From: Felis catus
Taxonomy: Eukaryota
Assembly: GCF_018350175.1 (NCBI RefSeq)
Contig: NC_058368.1
Span: forward strand, 212,476,001 to 212,540,000
Length of the DNA: 64,000 bases
Reading direction: 5' to 3'
Each line of letters begins with the position of its first letter. The stretch's first letter is position 1. This document shows positions 14,029 to 26,420 of this stretch, piece by piece. The notes beneath the pieces are model-generated. The model worked only from the letters and a program-made list of their open reading frames with translations, searched no databases and was not told where the DNA came from. The translations under genes were made by a program, and so were the position numbers.

Positions 14029-14149
14029 GACTCTTTTCTGATTTCTAAAAATGATTACGTTTAACTCATTATTTTCCATCTGGGGTGTTATCTGAGTAGT
14101 AATTAAAGGAAGAACTTTGGATTTGTAGACCTGAAAATAGTTATTATTA

Positions 14150-14610
14150 CTATGCTGCTCCTCTCTACCTCTTCCAAATCACTTACACCCCCTCTGCTAA
14201 ATTCTATGCCTGGGAAGCTTTTGGTTACATCATCTGGGATCTGAGATCTTTGCTTTCTAGCTTCTGGTTTATTTTGGTCATTGATAGGCATGGCAGGGAG
14301 TGGGAGGGTGAGAAGAGAGAAGGATCAGGGTATTTCTTCTTTGACTTTACCTTGCTTTGCCACAGTTCTGAAAGTATCTAAATCCATCATCCTGTCAGAC
14401 AACCTCTCTTTCAAAGTGGCAGCTCTCACCAGGCTTTGGCAAAATTGTTCTCTCGTTTTCAGGCCTGGATTAGTTGTGGCTTCCTGCTTTTTAGTCTCTG
14501 TGTGCTTTACTCCTCCTTTTCGGCCCCTTACCTCTGCCCTTCAATAAATTATTTTCAGTCAGACCCTGTAGATATGCCATCTGTTTCCTGTCAGGACTCT
14601 AACAGATACA
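14150..14610 (+). mobile_element. ERVL solo LTR (LTR33-like)
   Basis: Terminal motif gccatctgtttcctgtcaggactctaacagataCA preceded by AATAAA; left boundary uncertain. Confidence 0.6.
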
Positions 14611-16696
14611 TTCAGGTTCTTGGACAAGTCAGATAGTCTCTTGACCTTTTATTTTCTTCATCTGTAAAATTATGTAATACCTATATTGCCTACCTTGAAG
14701 TGTTGCCAAGAGGACCAATAATGCATGTGAATTTGTAAAGTGTCATAAAAATGCAGTGTATGAATATCAATTCATATGTTAATATTGAATCTCCAATCAG
14801 TTTTCCTTAGATACTTAGTATTTTTTGTAGCTTCTCACCATGGTAAACTGATACAAGCTTTGGGGTTGCAATCTTGGGTTGACCAAAGGCAAACAGAAGC
14901 ATTCCAAAGCTAAATATAAGCCATCCCTAGGTTTACCATGTTTCTGTTCCCTCCTCAGAAGCATGTAATTCAGAACTAGGAGGACAATATAGAACATCCT
15001 AACATATCTTTGTTTCTGCCCAGCATTTTTTTACCCTTGATAATGGTTTTGTCAGACATTATTTCCTCATGGTGCATCTTGTGTTTGTCTTGCCCCTCTT
15101 TGAGATTGTAAAGCTTCTTTATAATGTTCCTGAGGATAAGGATCATACCTCATATATTTTTTATGACTCATCGTAACTCACATACTGTTATGCATATATT
15201 TGATAAAGTAGACAGTTGGGAAATAAATGGCTGAGTGTTCAGTGCACACTTGTTGATTGAGACTTCCCAAGCCTGATACCAGGCATTTACTGGTTTTACA
15301 TGACAAATGTAAACTTGGTAATTACTATGACCGTCTCCTTGCATGGATGGAAAGTATTTAACAAATGAAGATTTTATGGATATCTGTTGTGTTTTATGTG
15401 TGTCTCTTATTGTGATTTGGCACATGCAGAAGTTTAAAAGTCAAGAGGAGAAACTCCTTTTCCTTGTCCCCATCTTACTAAGTTGGAGCATAGTAATATG
15501 ATCTTACAAAACAAAATAAAGGTTGATAATGAAAACAACTAATGGTTTCTCATAAGCTTTACTAAAAGTCATTAAAAAAAGTCATGCTACTCATGAAAAT
15601 TTAACACACTCATATATTATGCTCTTCGCAGGTAAATCCAAACCCATGTGTTCAAGAGGATTTAAAGTTTTAGAATTATAGGCCTGAGAATAGTGACTGA
15701 TGGTTTATCCACTGAACTAGCTCTAGAAAGGGCATATGGACAATGGTACCAGAGGTATTTGGCTCACTGATCCTTCCTTTCTTTGTTTTCTTACTTATGA
15801 ATTGACACAATGCACTCCAGAGAACCCTTGCTATTTTTTGTTCCCACATTCTCATTCCTTCAAAAATAAAAAGAAAAAATAACTTAGGTAATCAGGGACC
15901 TATTAAAGGCCCTTGGGAAGTCCAGACTGATCCTACTAATTTCTCTCACAGAGACGCCATGTAAAAACAACATTAACAACCCGATTAAAGGGATGGTATA
16001 AAAATCGCTTAACTTGCTGAGGTCACCAGGGTGCTGAGGAAATTAAAGAAATACCTAGACCCTAAAATACCTTTGGTATGAAGAAGTGGCCAGATGCAGA
16101 AGATTATAGGAATATATGTGTGTATGCATTGCACAAGGATAGAAGAACGTAAGAGAGATTGTCATGGTAGATTAGCACCTGACCAACAGTAACACTTTAG
16201 TAAAAAGTGAAAAATAAATATTGGGAACACATTTACAGAAGGGAGCATGGGACTTCTGGGAAGTTCCAAAGGGGAGAAAAGCATGTATAAGTGTGTTAAA
16301 TTTTTAAATTATTTCTTGCAGACAATAATGCCAGAGAAGTTTAGAAAATGGAGTGATTAAAATGGAAGGAACCATCAAGGAACATTCCTTGGAGAAGATG
16401 AGCCTGAAACTGTCCTCCAAAGGGTTATATTGGTGAAAAGCAGAATGATGGGGATGACGAAAGGCCACATACTTTCCCAGGGAAAGATTTATACCTTAAA
16501 GAAAACTGCTTAAATAAAATGTCTGGCAAAAGGGGCTAGAGGTGATGAGGTGATGCTGGAGAGACTTCTCTCCTTTGTTCCCCTCCTGATAAACACAGAC
16601 CCCTGGGCAAAGAGACTCACCCCTCAAGATGGTCAATGGTGATGAGGCAGAGGAAGCAGTCACTCAAGGTTTTCTTAATGGAGAGGATGATGGGAG

Positions 16697-17085
16697 TGTC
16701 TTAGTCTGCTTGGGAAGCCATCACAATGCCATAGATGGGTGCTTTAAGCAGAAATTTATTTCTCACAGCTCTGGAGGTTGGGAAATCCAAGATCAAGGTG
16801 CCAGAAAAGTAGGTTTCATTCTGAGGCCTCTTTTACTGGCTTGTAGGCTGCTGCCATCACCGTTTGTAGTCATATGACCTCTTCTTCATGCAGGTTCAGA
16901 AGGAAAGTGAGCTTAGGTCTCTTCTTTTCTTACAAGGACACTAATCACATCATAGAGGCCTCATCACCATAACCTCATTTAAACCTAATTATCTCTCAAA
17001 GGCCATACCTCCAAATACTATCACATTGTGGGTTAGGGCTTTACTATATGAACTGGGGGGAAATAAAAACATTCAGTCCACAACA
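16697..17085 (-). mobile_element. MaLR solo LTR (MLT1A-like)
   Basis: TGtcttagtc...cagaaatttatttctcacagctctggagg...attcagtccacaaCA with perfect 5-bp TSD GGGAG at 16692-16696 and 17086-17090. Confidence 0.92.
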
Positions 17086-17788
17086 GGGAGTCAGGCAGTT
17101 CTTTGGGAGGGACCTCATTATTCTTTGAAGAGCATTAGGAAAAGCTGTCCTGTGAGAGAAGGAAAAAGTAGACACAGAGTGAGGTAAATAGTATAGTCCT
17201 GAGTATATGGGTATTTAAGAAACTAGGCCCAGAAAAAATAGATGAGCAATTTTAACATATCTAAAAAGTGTAATTGATCAGCCATAGGAACTAATAAGAC
17301 TGGCTAGTCAGACAAAAGAATCAGAATGTGAAAAAGGTAATTGGCTAGGGAAAAACAAAGGTGGGGTCTTATTTCTGCATCTAGAATTCAGATGGAATTA
17401 ATTTCAGGGAAGGAGGAGAAAACAAAATCACTTCAGAATGTTTTGCTTCCCAGGGAAGGACACCGTAGGGTTGCATAGGGAATGGCCTTTCTCATAAAGG
17501 TCCAGGAATTAATAGCAAAGAGATAGCTGCAGACTGAATGCAGAATGATGCAAATTCAAAAAGGCATGGGCCTGGAGTACTGGAAGGAGGTAAGTATGTT
17601 GTGATTACTGGCAATGGCAGAAATGGTGAAAGATTAACCCTGTGCTATGGATTTAGGACAAGGGTGTTTTTGTAGAGTAGACAAAGAGTCTTGACCTAAC
17701 CATCACCCAGGCACCCCTAATACAATATTCTTTTTGAGTTAGGTTATTAGTTCAATTTCCCAGAAGCTTAAAATCACTATTTTAACTA

Positions 17789-17853
17789 AAAATAAAATAA
17801 AATAAAATAAAATAAAATAAAATAAAATAAAATAAAATAAAATAAAATAAAAT
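17789..17853 (+). repeat. (AAAAT)13 microsatellite
   Basis: Direct reading. Confidence 0.95.
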
Positions 17854-18750
17854 TGAATTAAATCAAATTAAAATAAAAACAAAACTAAAGGTTCTTAATT
17901 TGTAATGGTGAAGTATCTCTCCTGGTCTTTGTTGTTTTCTTCTTAACACCATCTGAGCATTAGTAACTTGTTGAAAAGTACATCACCTGATTTTACCTTT
18001 TTTTTTAGTGTATTTTGTTAAGTGAGACACAGATACTGGGTTTCTTCAGTATTTTATATGGCTTTTAGAGTCCAACTGGAAATGTTAGCAGATGACAAGA
18101 TAATAATAAACCTATACATTTCTGAGAACATATAGATTCTTCTGGAAAATATGTGAGTACTTTCACTGAAGAAGGCTACTGCTAGAAAATAAAGAAAAGA
18201 AGACCATGCTCTCATGTGGTCCTGTTGATTTAGAATATAAACAAAGCCATTAATTCTTAAGTCTAACTAGACTTACCATCTCAAGTCTGTTTTCTCCAGC
18301 AAGGAACCCAATGTCTGAGTCTAAGACTAATTGGTACAGATAGCAATGGATACAAAAGATAAACATGATTTATTCATAGTTTTAGAGCTAACAAGGACCT
18401 GAGACATCATCTGGTTGAGATGATCAGCTCATCATTCCAGACCTGACGGCTCATCAAATCACATGGAGAGCTTTTATTTTATTTTGTTTTACTTTTCAAA
18501 TTTTTATTTATATTCTAGTTAGTTAACATACGGTGCAATATTGGTTTCAGGAGTAGAATTCAGTGATTCATCACATACATACAATGCCCATTACTCATCA
18601 TAACAAGTGCCCTCCTAATACCCATTGCCCATCTAGCCCATCTCACAGCCCCCTCACTTTATCAATCCTGTTTGTTCTCAGTCTTTAAGAGTCTCTAATG
18701 GTTTGTTTCCCTCTCTTTTTTCTTTTTTCCCCTTCCTATCTGTTTTTTTC

Positions 18751-18901
18751 TTAAATTCCACATATGAGTGAAATTATGCTATTTTTCTTCTGCCTGACTT
18801 ACTTCGCTTAGCATAATACACTCTAGCTCATTCCACATCATGGCAAATGGCAAGATTTCATTCTTTTTGATGGCTGAGTAATATTCATTGTATATATATA
18901 T

Positions 18902-18979
<78 letters not shown>

Positions 18980-21900
18980 TATACACCACATATTTATCCA
19001 TTAATCAGTCAATGGACCTTTGGGCTCTTTCCATAGTTTGGCTATTGTTAATAATACTGCTATAAACATTGGGGCACATGTACACCCTTGAATCTGTATT
19101 TTTGTATCCTTTGAGTAAATACTTAGTAGTGAAATTGCTGGATCATAGGGTAGATCAATTTTTAACTTTTGAGCAACCTTCATACAGTTTTCCATAGTGG
19201 CTGCACCAGTTTGCATTCCCACCAAAAGTGTAAGAGGGTTCCCCCTTCTTCGTATCCTTGCCATAGCTATCGTTTCTTATGTTGTTAATTTTAGCCATTC
19301 TGACAGGTGTGAGATGATATCTCATCATGGCTTTGATTCATATTTCCCTGATTATGAGTGATGTTGAGCATCTTTTCATGTGTTAGCCATCTAGAAGTGT
19401 TCTTTGAAAAAATGTCTATTCATATTTTCTGCCCGTTTCTTCACTGAATAATTTGTTTTTTGACTGTTGAGTTTGATAAGTTCTTTATACATTTTGAATA
19501 CTAACCCTGTGTCAGATATGTTATTTGTAAATGTGTTCTCCCATTTCTGTATGCTGCATTTTAGGTTTGTTGATTGTTTCTGTCGCTGTGCAGAAGCTTT
19601 TTATCTTGATGAAGTCCCAATAATTCACATTTGCTTTTGTTTCCCTTGGCTTGGATGACATGTCTAGTAAGAAGTTGTTCCAGCCAAGGTCAAAGAGGTT
19701 TCTGCCTGTGTTCTTTTCTAGGATTTTGATGGTTTTCTGTCTCAAATTTAGATTTTTCATCCATTTTAATATATTTTTTGAGTATGTTGTAAGAAAGTGA
19801 TCCAATTTCATTCTTCTTCTGTATGTTGCTGTCCAGTTTTCCCAATGCCATTTGTTTAAGAGACTGTCTTTTATCCATTGAATATTCTTTCCTTTTTATC
19901 AAAGATTAGTTGACCATATAGTTGTGGGTCCATTTTTGGGTTTGCTATTCTTTTCCATTGATCTATGTGTCTGTTTTTGTGCCAGTAATATACTGTCTTG
20001 ATGACTACAGGTTTGTAGTAGTACAAACAGTAGTACAGCTTGAGGTCCAGAATTATGATGACTCTAGTTTTGCTTTTCTTTTGCATAATTGCTTTGGCTA
20101 TTTGGGGTCTTTTGTGGTCCCATACAAATTTTAGGATTGCTTGTTCTAGCTCTGTGAAAAATGATGTTGGTATTTTGATAGGGATTGCATTGAACGTGTA
20201 GATTGCTTTAGGTAGTATAGACATTTTCACAATGTTCTTCCAGTCCACGAGCATGGAATGTTTTTCCATTTCTTTGTGTCATCTTCAGTTTCCTTCAGAA
20301 GTTTTCTATAGTTTGCAAAGTACAGATCTTTTACATCTTTAGTTAGGTTTATTCCTAGGTGTCTTATGGGTATTGGTGCAATTGTAAATGGGATTGATTC
20401 CTTGATTTTTCTTTCTGCTGCTTCATTATTGGTGTATAGAAATGCAGCAGATTTCTGGATGTTGATTTTATATCCTGTGGCTTTGCTGAATTCATGTATC
20501 AATTCTAACAACTTTTAGGTGGGGTCTTTTGCGTTTTCTACATAGAGTATCATGCCGTCTGCCAATAATGGAAGTTTGACTTCCTCCTTGCCAATCTGGA
20601 TGCCTTGTATTTTATGTTTGTTGTCTGCTTGCTGAGGCTAAGAATCCCAGTACTATGTTAAATAGTAATCATGAGAGTAAACATCCATCCCTGTCTTGTT
20701 TCTGACCATAGAAGAAAAGCTCTTAGCTTTCCTTGCTGGGTCTTTTGTATGTGGCCTTTATGATGTTGAGGTATGTTTCATCTATCCCTACTTTATTGAG
20801 GGTTTTTGTCAAGAATGCCTGCTGTATTTTGTCAGCTGCTTTTTCCTGTATCTGTTGAGAGGATCATATTGTTCTTAGCCTTTCCTTTATTAATGTGGTG
20901 AATGATGTTGATAGATTTGTGAATATCAAACCACCCCTGCAGCCGAGGAATAAATCTCACTTGATCATGGTGAATAATTCTTTTAATGCACTTTTGGATT
21001 TGTTGAGAATTTTGTTGAGAATTTTGGCATCCATGGTTCATCAGGGACATTGGCTTGTAATTCTCCTTTTTAGTGGGGTCTTTGTCTGGTTTTGGAATCG
21101 AGGTAATAGTGGTGTCATAGAATGAGTCTGGAAGTTTTCTTTCCATTTCTATTTTTTGGAACAATTTGAGAATAATATGTATTAACTCATCTTTAAATGT
21201 CTGGTAGAATTCTCCTGGGAAGCCATCTGGCCCTGGGCTTTTGTCTGTTGGGAAATTTTTGATTGCTGATTCAATTTCTTTGCTGATTATGGGTCTGTTC
21301 AAATTTTCTATTTCTTCCTGTACAGTTTTGGTAGTTTGTATGTTTCTAGGAATTTGGCCATTTTTTTACTGATTGCCCAGTTTGTTGGCATATAATTTTT
21401 TCAGAGTAGTCTCTGATAATTGTTTATATTTCTGTGATGTTGGTTATGATCTCTCCTCTTTAATTTGTTTTATCTATTTGGATCCTTTCTCTTTTCTTTT
21501 TTATATGTCTGACTACAGGTTTATCAATTTTATTAATCTTTCAAAGAACCTGCTTTTAATTTTGTTGATCTGTTCTACTGGCTTTTTGTTTTGTTTTGTT
21601 TCTATATTATTTATTTATGCTCTAATCTTCATTATTTCCCTTCTTCTGATGGCGTTAGGCTTTATTTGCTGTTATTTTTATAGCTCCTTTAGATGTAAAG
21701 TAGGTTGTGTTTTTGAGACTTTTCTTGCTTCTTCATGTAGACCTGTATTGCAATATACTTCCCTCTTAGGTCTGCCAAGAAAGCATCCCAAAGGTTTTGG
21801 ACTGTCATGTTTTCATTTTCATTTACCTCTATGTACTTTTTAATTTATTCTTTAATTTCCTGGTCAACTCATTCATTCTTTAGGACGATGTTCTTTAACT

Positions 21901-22638
21901 TCCATTTGAGGGCTTTCCAAATTTTTTTCTTGTGATTAACTTCAAGTTTTATTGTGTTGTGTTCTGAAAATATTCATGGAATGATCTCAATCTTTTTGTA
22001 CTTGTTATGGGCTGATTTGTGACCCAGTATGTGATCCATTTTGGAAAATGTTCCGTGTGCACTCGAGAAGAATGTGTATTCTGCTGCTTTTGGATAAAAT
22101 GTTCTGAATATATCTGTAAGTCCATCTGGTCCAGTGTGTCATTCAAAACCATTGTTTCCTTGTTGATTTTCTGCTTAAATGGTCTGTCCACTGCTATAAG
22201 GGGGTGTTAAAGTCCCTTACTATTGTGTTTTATTATCAATGAGTTCCTTTATGTTTGTTATTAATTGATTTATACATCTGGGTGTTTCAAGTTGAGGGCA
22301 TAAATATTTATAATTGTTAGATCTTCTCAATGGATAGACCCCTTAATTGTGATATAATGCCCTTCTTCTTCTCTTGTTACATCTTTGTTTTAAAATCTAG
22401 TTTGTCTGATGTAAGTATGGCTACTTCAGGTTTCTTTTGACATCCATTAGCATGATAGATGGTTCCTCATCCCTTTATTTTCAATCTGCACGTTTCTTTA
22501 GGTCTACAATGAGTGTTACAGGTAGCACGTAGATGGGTCTTGTTCTTTTATCCATTCTGATACTCTGTGTCTTTTGATTGGATCATTTAGTCAATTTACA
22601 TTTAGAATGATTATCGAAAGACATGAATTTAGTGCCAT
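18751..22638 (-). pseudogene. ORF2: LINE-1 ORF2 (endonuclease/reverse transcriptase), multiply disrupted
   Basis: Fragments such as [17 protein letters not shown] (20832-21302), [22 protein letters not shown] (19871-20269), LPYDPAI (19001-19264) in shifting frames. Confidence 0.95.
18907..18976 (+). repeat. Compound (AC)15(AT)20 microsatellite inside the L1 3' region
   Basis: Direct reading. Confidence 0.95.
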
Positions 22639-22721
22639 TTATTACCTGTAAAGTTGGTGTTTCTGATGATGTTCTCTGTTCCTTTCTAGTCTTTGTTGCT
22701 TTTGGTCTTTTTTTCCCCCAC

Positions 22722-23609
22722 TCAAAGATTCCCCTTTAGTATTTCTTACAGGGCTGGCTTAGTGATCATGAACTCATTTTAGTTTTAGTTTTGGAAACTC
22801 TTTATCTCTCCTTCCATTCTGAATAACAGGCTTGCTGGATAAATTATTCTTGGCTGTGTATTTTTCCCATTCAGCATGTTGAATATATTATGCCATTCCT
22901 TTCTGGCCTGCCAAGTTTCTGTGGACAAATCTGCTATGAACCTTATCTGTCTTACTTTGTAGGTTAGTTCCATTGCTGCTTTCAGGATTCTTTCCTTGTC
23001 TGTGTGTTTTGTGAATTTGACTATAATATGTCTAGGTGATGCCTGGCTTTTGTTGAATTTAATGGGAGTTCTCTGTGCTTCTTGTATTTTGATGTCTTTG
23101 TCCTTCCCCAGATTAGGGAAGTTTGCAGCTATAATTTGCTCAAATAAACCTTCTGACCCTTTTTCTTTCTCTTCATCTTCTTGGGCTTCTATGATACAAA
23201 CGTTATTACGTTTTAAGAAATCACTGAGTTCCCTAATTCTGCCTTTGTGATCCAATACCTTTCTTTCCCTCTTCTCTTCAGCTTCATTATCTTCCATAAT
23301 TTTATCTTCTATATCACTGATTTGTTCCTCTGCTTAGTTCATCCTCATTGTTATAGCATCCATTCAAGATTATGGCATCTTGGTTATAGCATTTTTAATT
23401 TCAGCCTGACTAGATTTTAGTTCTTTTATCTCTGCAGGAAGGAGTTCTCTAGTGTCTTCTATGCTTTTATCAAGCCCCACTATTATTCTCGTAATTGTTG
23501 TTTTAAATTCTGGTTCAGACATCTTACTTATATCTGTACTGATTAAATCCCTGGCTATTACTTCTACTTCCTGTTCTTTTTTTTAGGGTGAATTCCTCTG
23601 TTTTATCAT
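22722..23609 (-). pseudogene. ORF1: LINE-1 ORF1 (RNA-binding/chaperone), disrupted
   Basis: ORF 22785-23297 has NFPNLGK..IQEAQRTP..RHIIVKF..ADLSTETWQARKEW..PRIIYPA, all L1 ORF1p motifs. Confidence 0.93.
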
Positions 23610-23790
23610 TTTTCCCAGGAAAAAAAAGAAAAAAGCTTAATCCTAGGTGTGTTTTTATCTGCCTGTTAAAAGAAAGATCCAGAAAATAACAGTAAATATA
23701 TATATATATATATATATTATATTTTTAAAAATTTTTTAAATTATAAACATAAAAAGCAAGCTAGATCCTATTTCCCATAGAACTGAAGCT

Positions 23791-23865
23791 TTGCAGCACT
23801 CCATGATCAGTAGACTTGCAGCACTCCATGATCAGCACTCCATGATCAGTAGACTCCATGATCAG
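23791..23865 (+). repeat. Irregular local repeat: four exact copies of ACTCCATGATCAG
   Basis: Copies at 23798, 23823, 23837 and 23853. Confidence 0.95.
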
Positions 23866-25773
23866 AATAACATCTGGTGAGGTGTTAGTGTTGGTCTTCT
23901 GAGCGAAGGGCCCATTGCACTGCTTCTCAGACCCACTTGCTCTGGTAGAGATGTACCTGCAGTGTGTAGCGGGGTGGAGCTTGATGTATGCAGCTCCAGT
24001 CTCCACTTGGTGGCACTGTTTAACTCACTGAGGTAGGACAGTACAGATAGGGGGTGGAGATGGGGGTAATGGTTTCACACTGCTCTATTCTCTGTGGAGT
24101 GGAGAGCTCCTACTCATCACTCTTCAGGAAGCCCTCACAGAGTTACCCCTCATGTCCCCAGCTTCTGTCAGATCCCTGCCTTCACCCTGTGTGTGAGCTG
24201 TTTTATCTCAGGTGCAGGGCTGGGTTTCTAAACTCCAAATTTTAAGGTCTCAGTGCAGCTCCTGAGCTGATCCTTTGGGGGAGGCTCTTGATGTGCTTTT
24301 GCCAGCCAGTCCCAGGTGTTTCAAGTTGAGGGCATAGTGGAGCAAGAAAGCCAGTATCAAGAATTGCTGGCCACAGTCTGTGTCCTGCTCCTGTGCCTGG
24401 GAACAGTGCAGCACGTTGGCATCACCTGTTCTTCTGTCCTCAGAGAAGCCTTGCCACCACTCCTAAATGTGCTCTGAGCAGGGGAACCATTCCTTCCTGT
24501 GTGACCCTGGGGATCCTGAGACCATGCTGCCTGCTCTGGGTCTCTGCTCTGCTTCCCACAGGAGCACCTCTAAGTCAGGCACAACACCAACAGTGGCAGA
24601 CTAATAAAACTTCAGATTTTGCTCTCTTCTGCTTATAATACCTTACAGTAGTTTCTGTAAGCAGGGCTTCCTCCCCTCTGCAGCATCTGCAGTACCCACA
24701 GTTCTTATCTCCCCCAGGTCAACCCTCCACAACTCCTACCTGCCATTATTCTACTGGTAGACTTGAGGTTTTGTTCTTTCAATCCTCAGACTGATTTCTT
24801 GGCTGTTGAGAAGGAGTTGATATTTATCTAGCTGTGTTCGAGGGACGAGATAAGCCTAGGGTCCCCCTACTTTTCCTCATCTGAACTCCTCCTGATGGAG
24901 AACTTGGAAAATACAGATTTCTGGTCCTCACTTGTGAGATGTTCTGGGAGAAGGATCTAGACAATTAGATTTATTAAAGCCTCTAGGTAGTTTTGATGCC
25001 TAGCCAGGTTTGGAAACCACTGATCTGGTGAAGCCTCCTTGATTTCCAGATGCATAAACTGAGACACAGAAGGTGAAGTGACACTGAACTTGAGGTTGGC
25101 AGGGCCAGCATCAAAACCCTATACTTCTGAGGTACTGTCTTCAGTGCATCTGTATTAAATCACACAAACACAGGTGGTATTTAAGGGATCTTTCATAGCT
25201 ATTGGAGACAGTAAAATAGTGAAAGATATCTAACTGAAACCAAAGACTTAAAAGACTGCTATGAGAATCTGGTGAAATGGTATTTTAATGCTTCATAGAC
25301 TGTGAAGTGGTAAATCAATATACATGTAATAAGGTACATGCAGGGGAGTAAAGTTGTCATATAAAAAAAATTTAAGTAAGAGGAAAATTAGAACCCTTGA
25401 AATGAACTTGATGGTACATCAAAATTTCTCCAACCTTTTTCGATTTCAGAGAGTCACAGTGTACAGTTGAGCAGGATGATCTATAGGTGCTTTTTATCTG
25501 TAGTTTGTGTTATTCTCTAAGATTTGTGGATCAAGCATTGAAACTTTTAAGCTCTTCTAATCATTTGCTGCTTGAGTATTCTGAATCCAGTTTCTATCAT
25601 TTTTTTAATTTGGTGATTAAAAAATATTACAAAATTTTGTTCTGGCTTTAATATTTTGTAATTTTTTTCTCTCTGCTGACTTTGTAAATCTCTTTATCAT
25701 CTTCATTTCTCTTGTTTTCTGATTCTGCTTTGGGACTTTCCTCATTTTCATCTCTTTTCCTATTTTGTTTTTT

Positions 25774-26420
25774 AATTCAATAAATATTAAGTATCTTTTT
25801 ATATATATTACTCTGCTAAGTACTTGGGATATAAAAATGAAGAGTACAGTGTTTCTGACAAAGAACTCACATGGTAGGAAGGAAGAAAGCCATGTAGTAA
25901 GCACAACATTGATTGGTTGATAAAGGCTAAGGTAGTGACATAAACAAAGTGTCATGCAAGCATATGGGAAAAAGGTTAATTCTTCCATGGGGGTAGAAGA
26001 TACTCAGGATATGATGAAATTTATGGAGTTTAAGGGAGTTGAGTTGCATGTATAAATGAGTAAGAGATACTGGGAGAGGATTTCAGGGGACATATGGATA
26101 AAAGTGTGAAAGTGCCTAGTGTATTCAGGGAATAACCACTAAAAGTAGAGTGGGGACTACAGTTTGGTATAGAGAATGGGGTACTTGGATTAGGGAAGGA
26201 AAATTAGAAGGAAGCCTCTGAAAAGGTGAGAGAAACATGGTAAGATGTGGATTTTAGAAAGATTACTGTGACAGCAATGTGGTTGTGTTGAGGGGCCTAA
26301 AATGGAGAGGAAAACCAATCTGGAGGGATTGTAAATAATTCCGGCCATAGATGAAGAGAATCAGAAGACAGTGACATTATGGTTAGAAAGGAAGGGGGAT
26401 ATAAGAGAGATGATCTGAGA
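25774..26420 (-). mobile_element. L2 remnant
   Basis: attcaataaatattaagtatc...ctaagtacttgggatataaaaatgaa and gattttagaaagattactgtgacagcaatgtgg are typical L2 rc motifs. Confidence 0.6.

Larger units (their letters stand above)
18474..24894 (-). mobile_element. Full-length, decayed carnivore LINE-1 (L1_Carn/older L1_Fc-like)
   Basis: Collinear 5'UTR-ORF1-ORF2-3'UTR-tail on minus strand; TSD ATGGAGA(G/A)CTT at 18463-18473 and 24895-24905; many ORF fragments homologous to the + strand L1. Confidence 0.97.
18430..25022. mobile_element. MER5A1-like hAT element split by the full-length L1 (pieces ~18430-18473 and 24895-25022), itself inside a minus-strand MIR (~18375-18420 and 25023-25130)
   Basis: catcaaatcacatggagagctt | ggaaaatacagatttctggtcc...gccaggtttggaaaccactg; flanks match MIR rc (tttagagcta...aaggacctgagacatcatctgg / tttccagatgcataaactgagacacag). 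Confidence 0.7.

Noticed and set aside
15951..16075. Exon-like segment between CACAG and GTATGA
   Set aside because: All three frames contain stops and the peptide is not recognised.
17704..17717. Isolated CACCCAGGCACCCC (SINE head reverse complement)
   Set aside because: Only ~14 bp of match; too short to call an element or a deletion event.
23791..23865. Repeat-spacer pattern as a CRISPR-like array
   Set aside because: Mammalian L1 context, 13-bp repeats, and 1-12 nt spacers copied from adjacent sequence.
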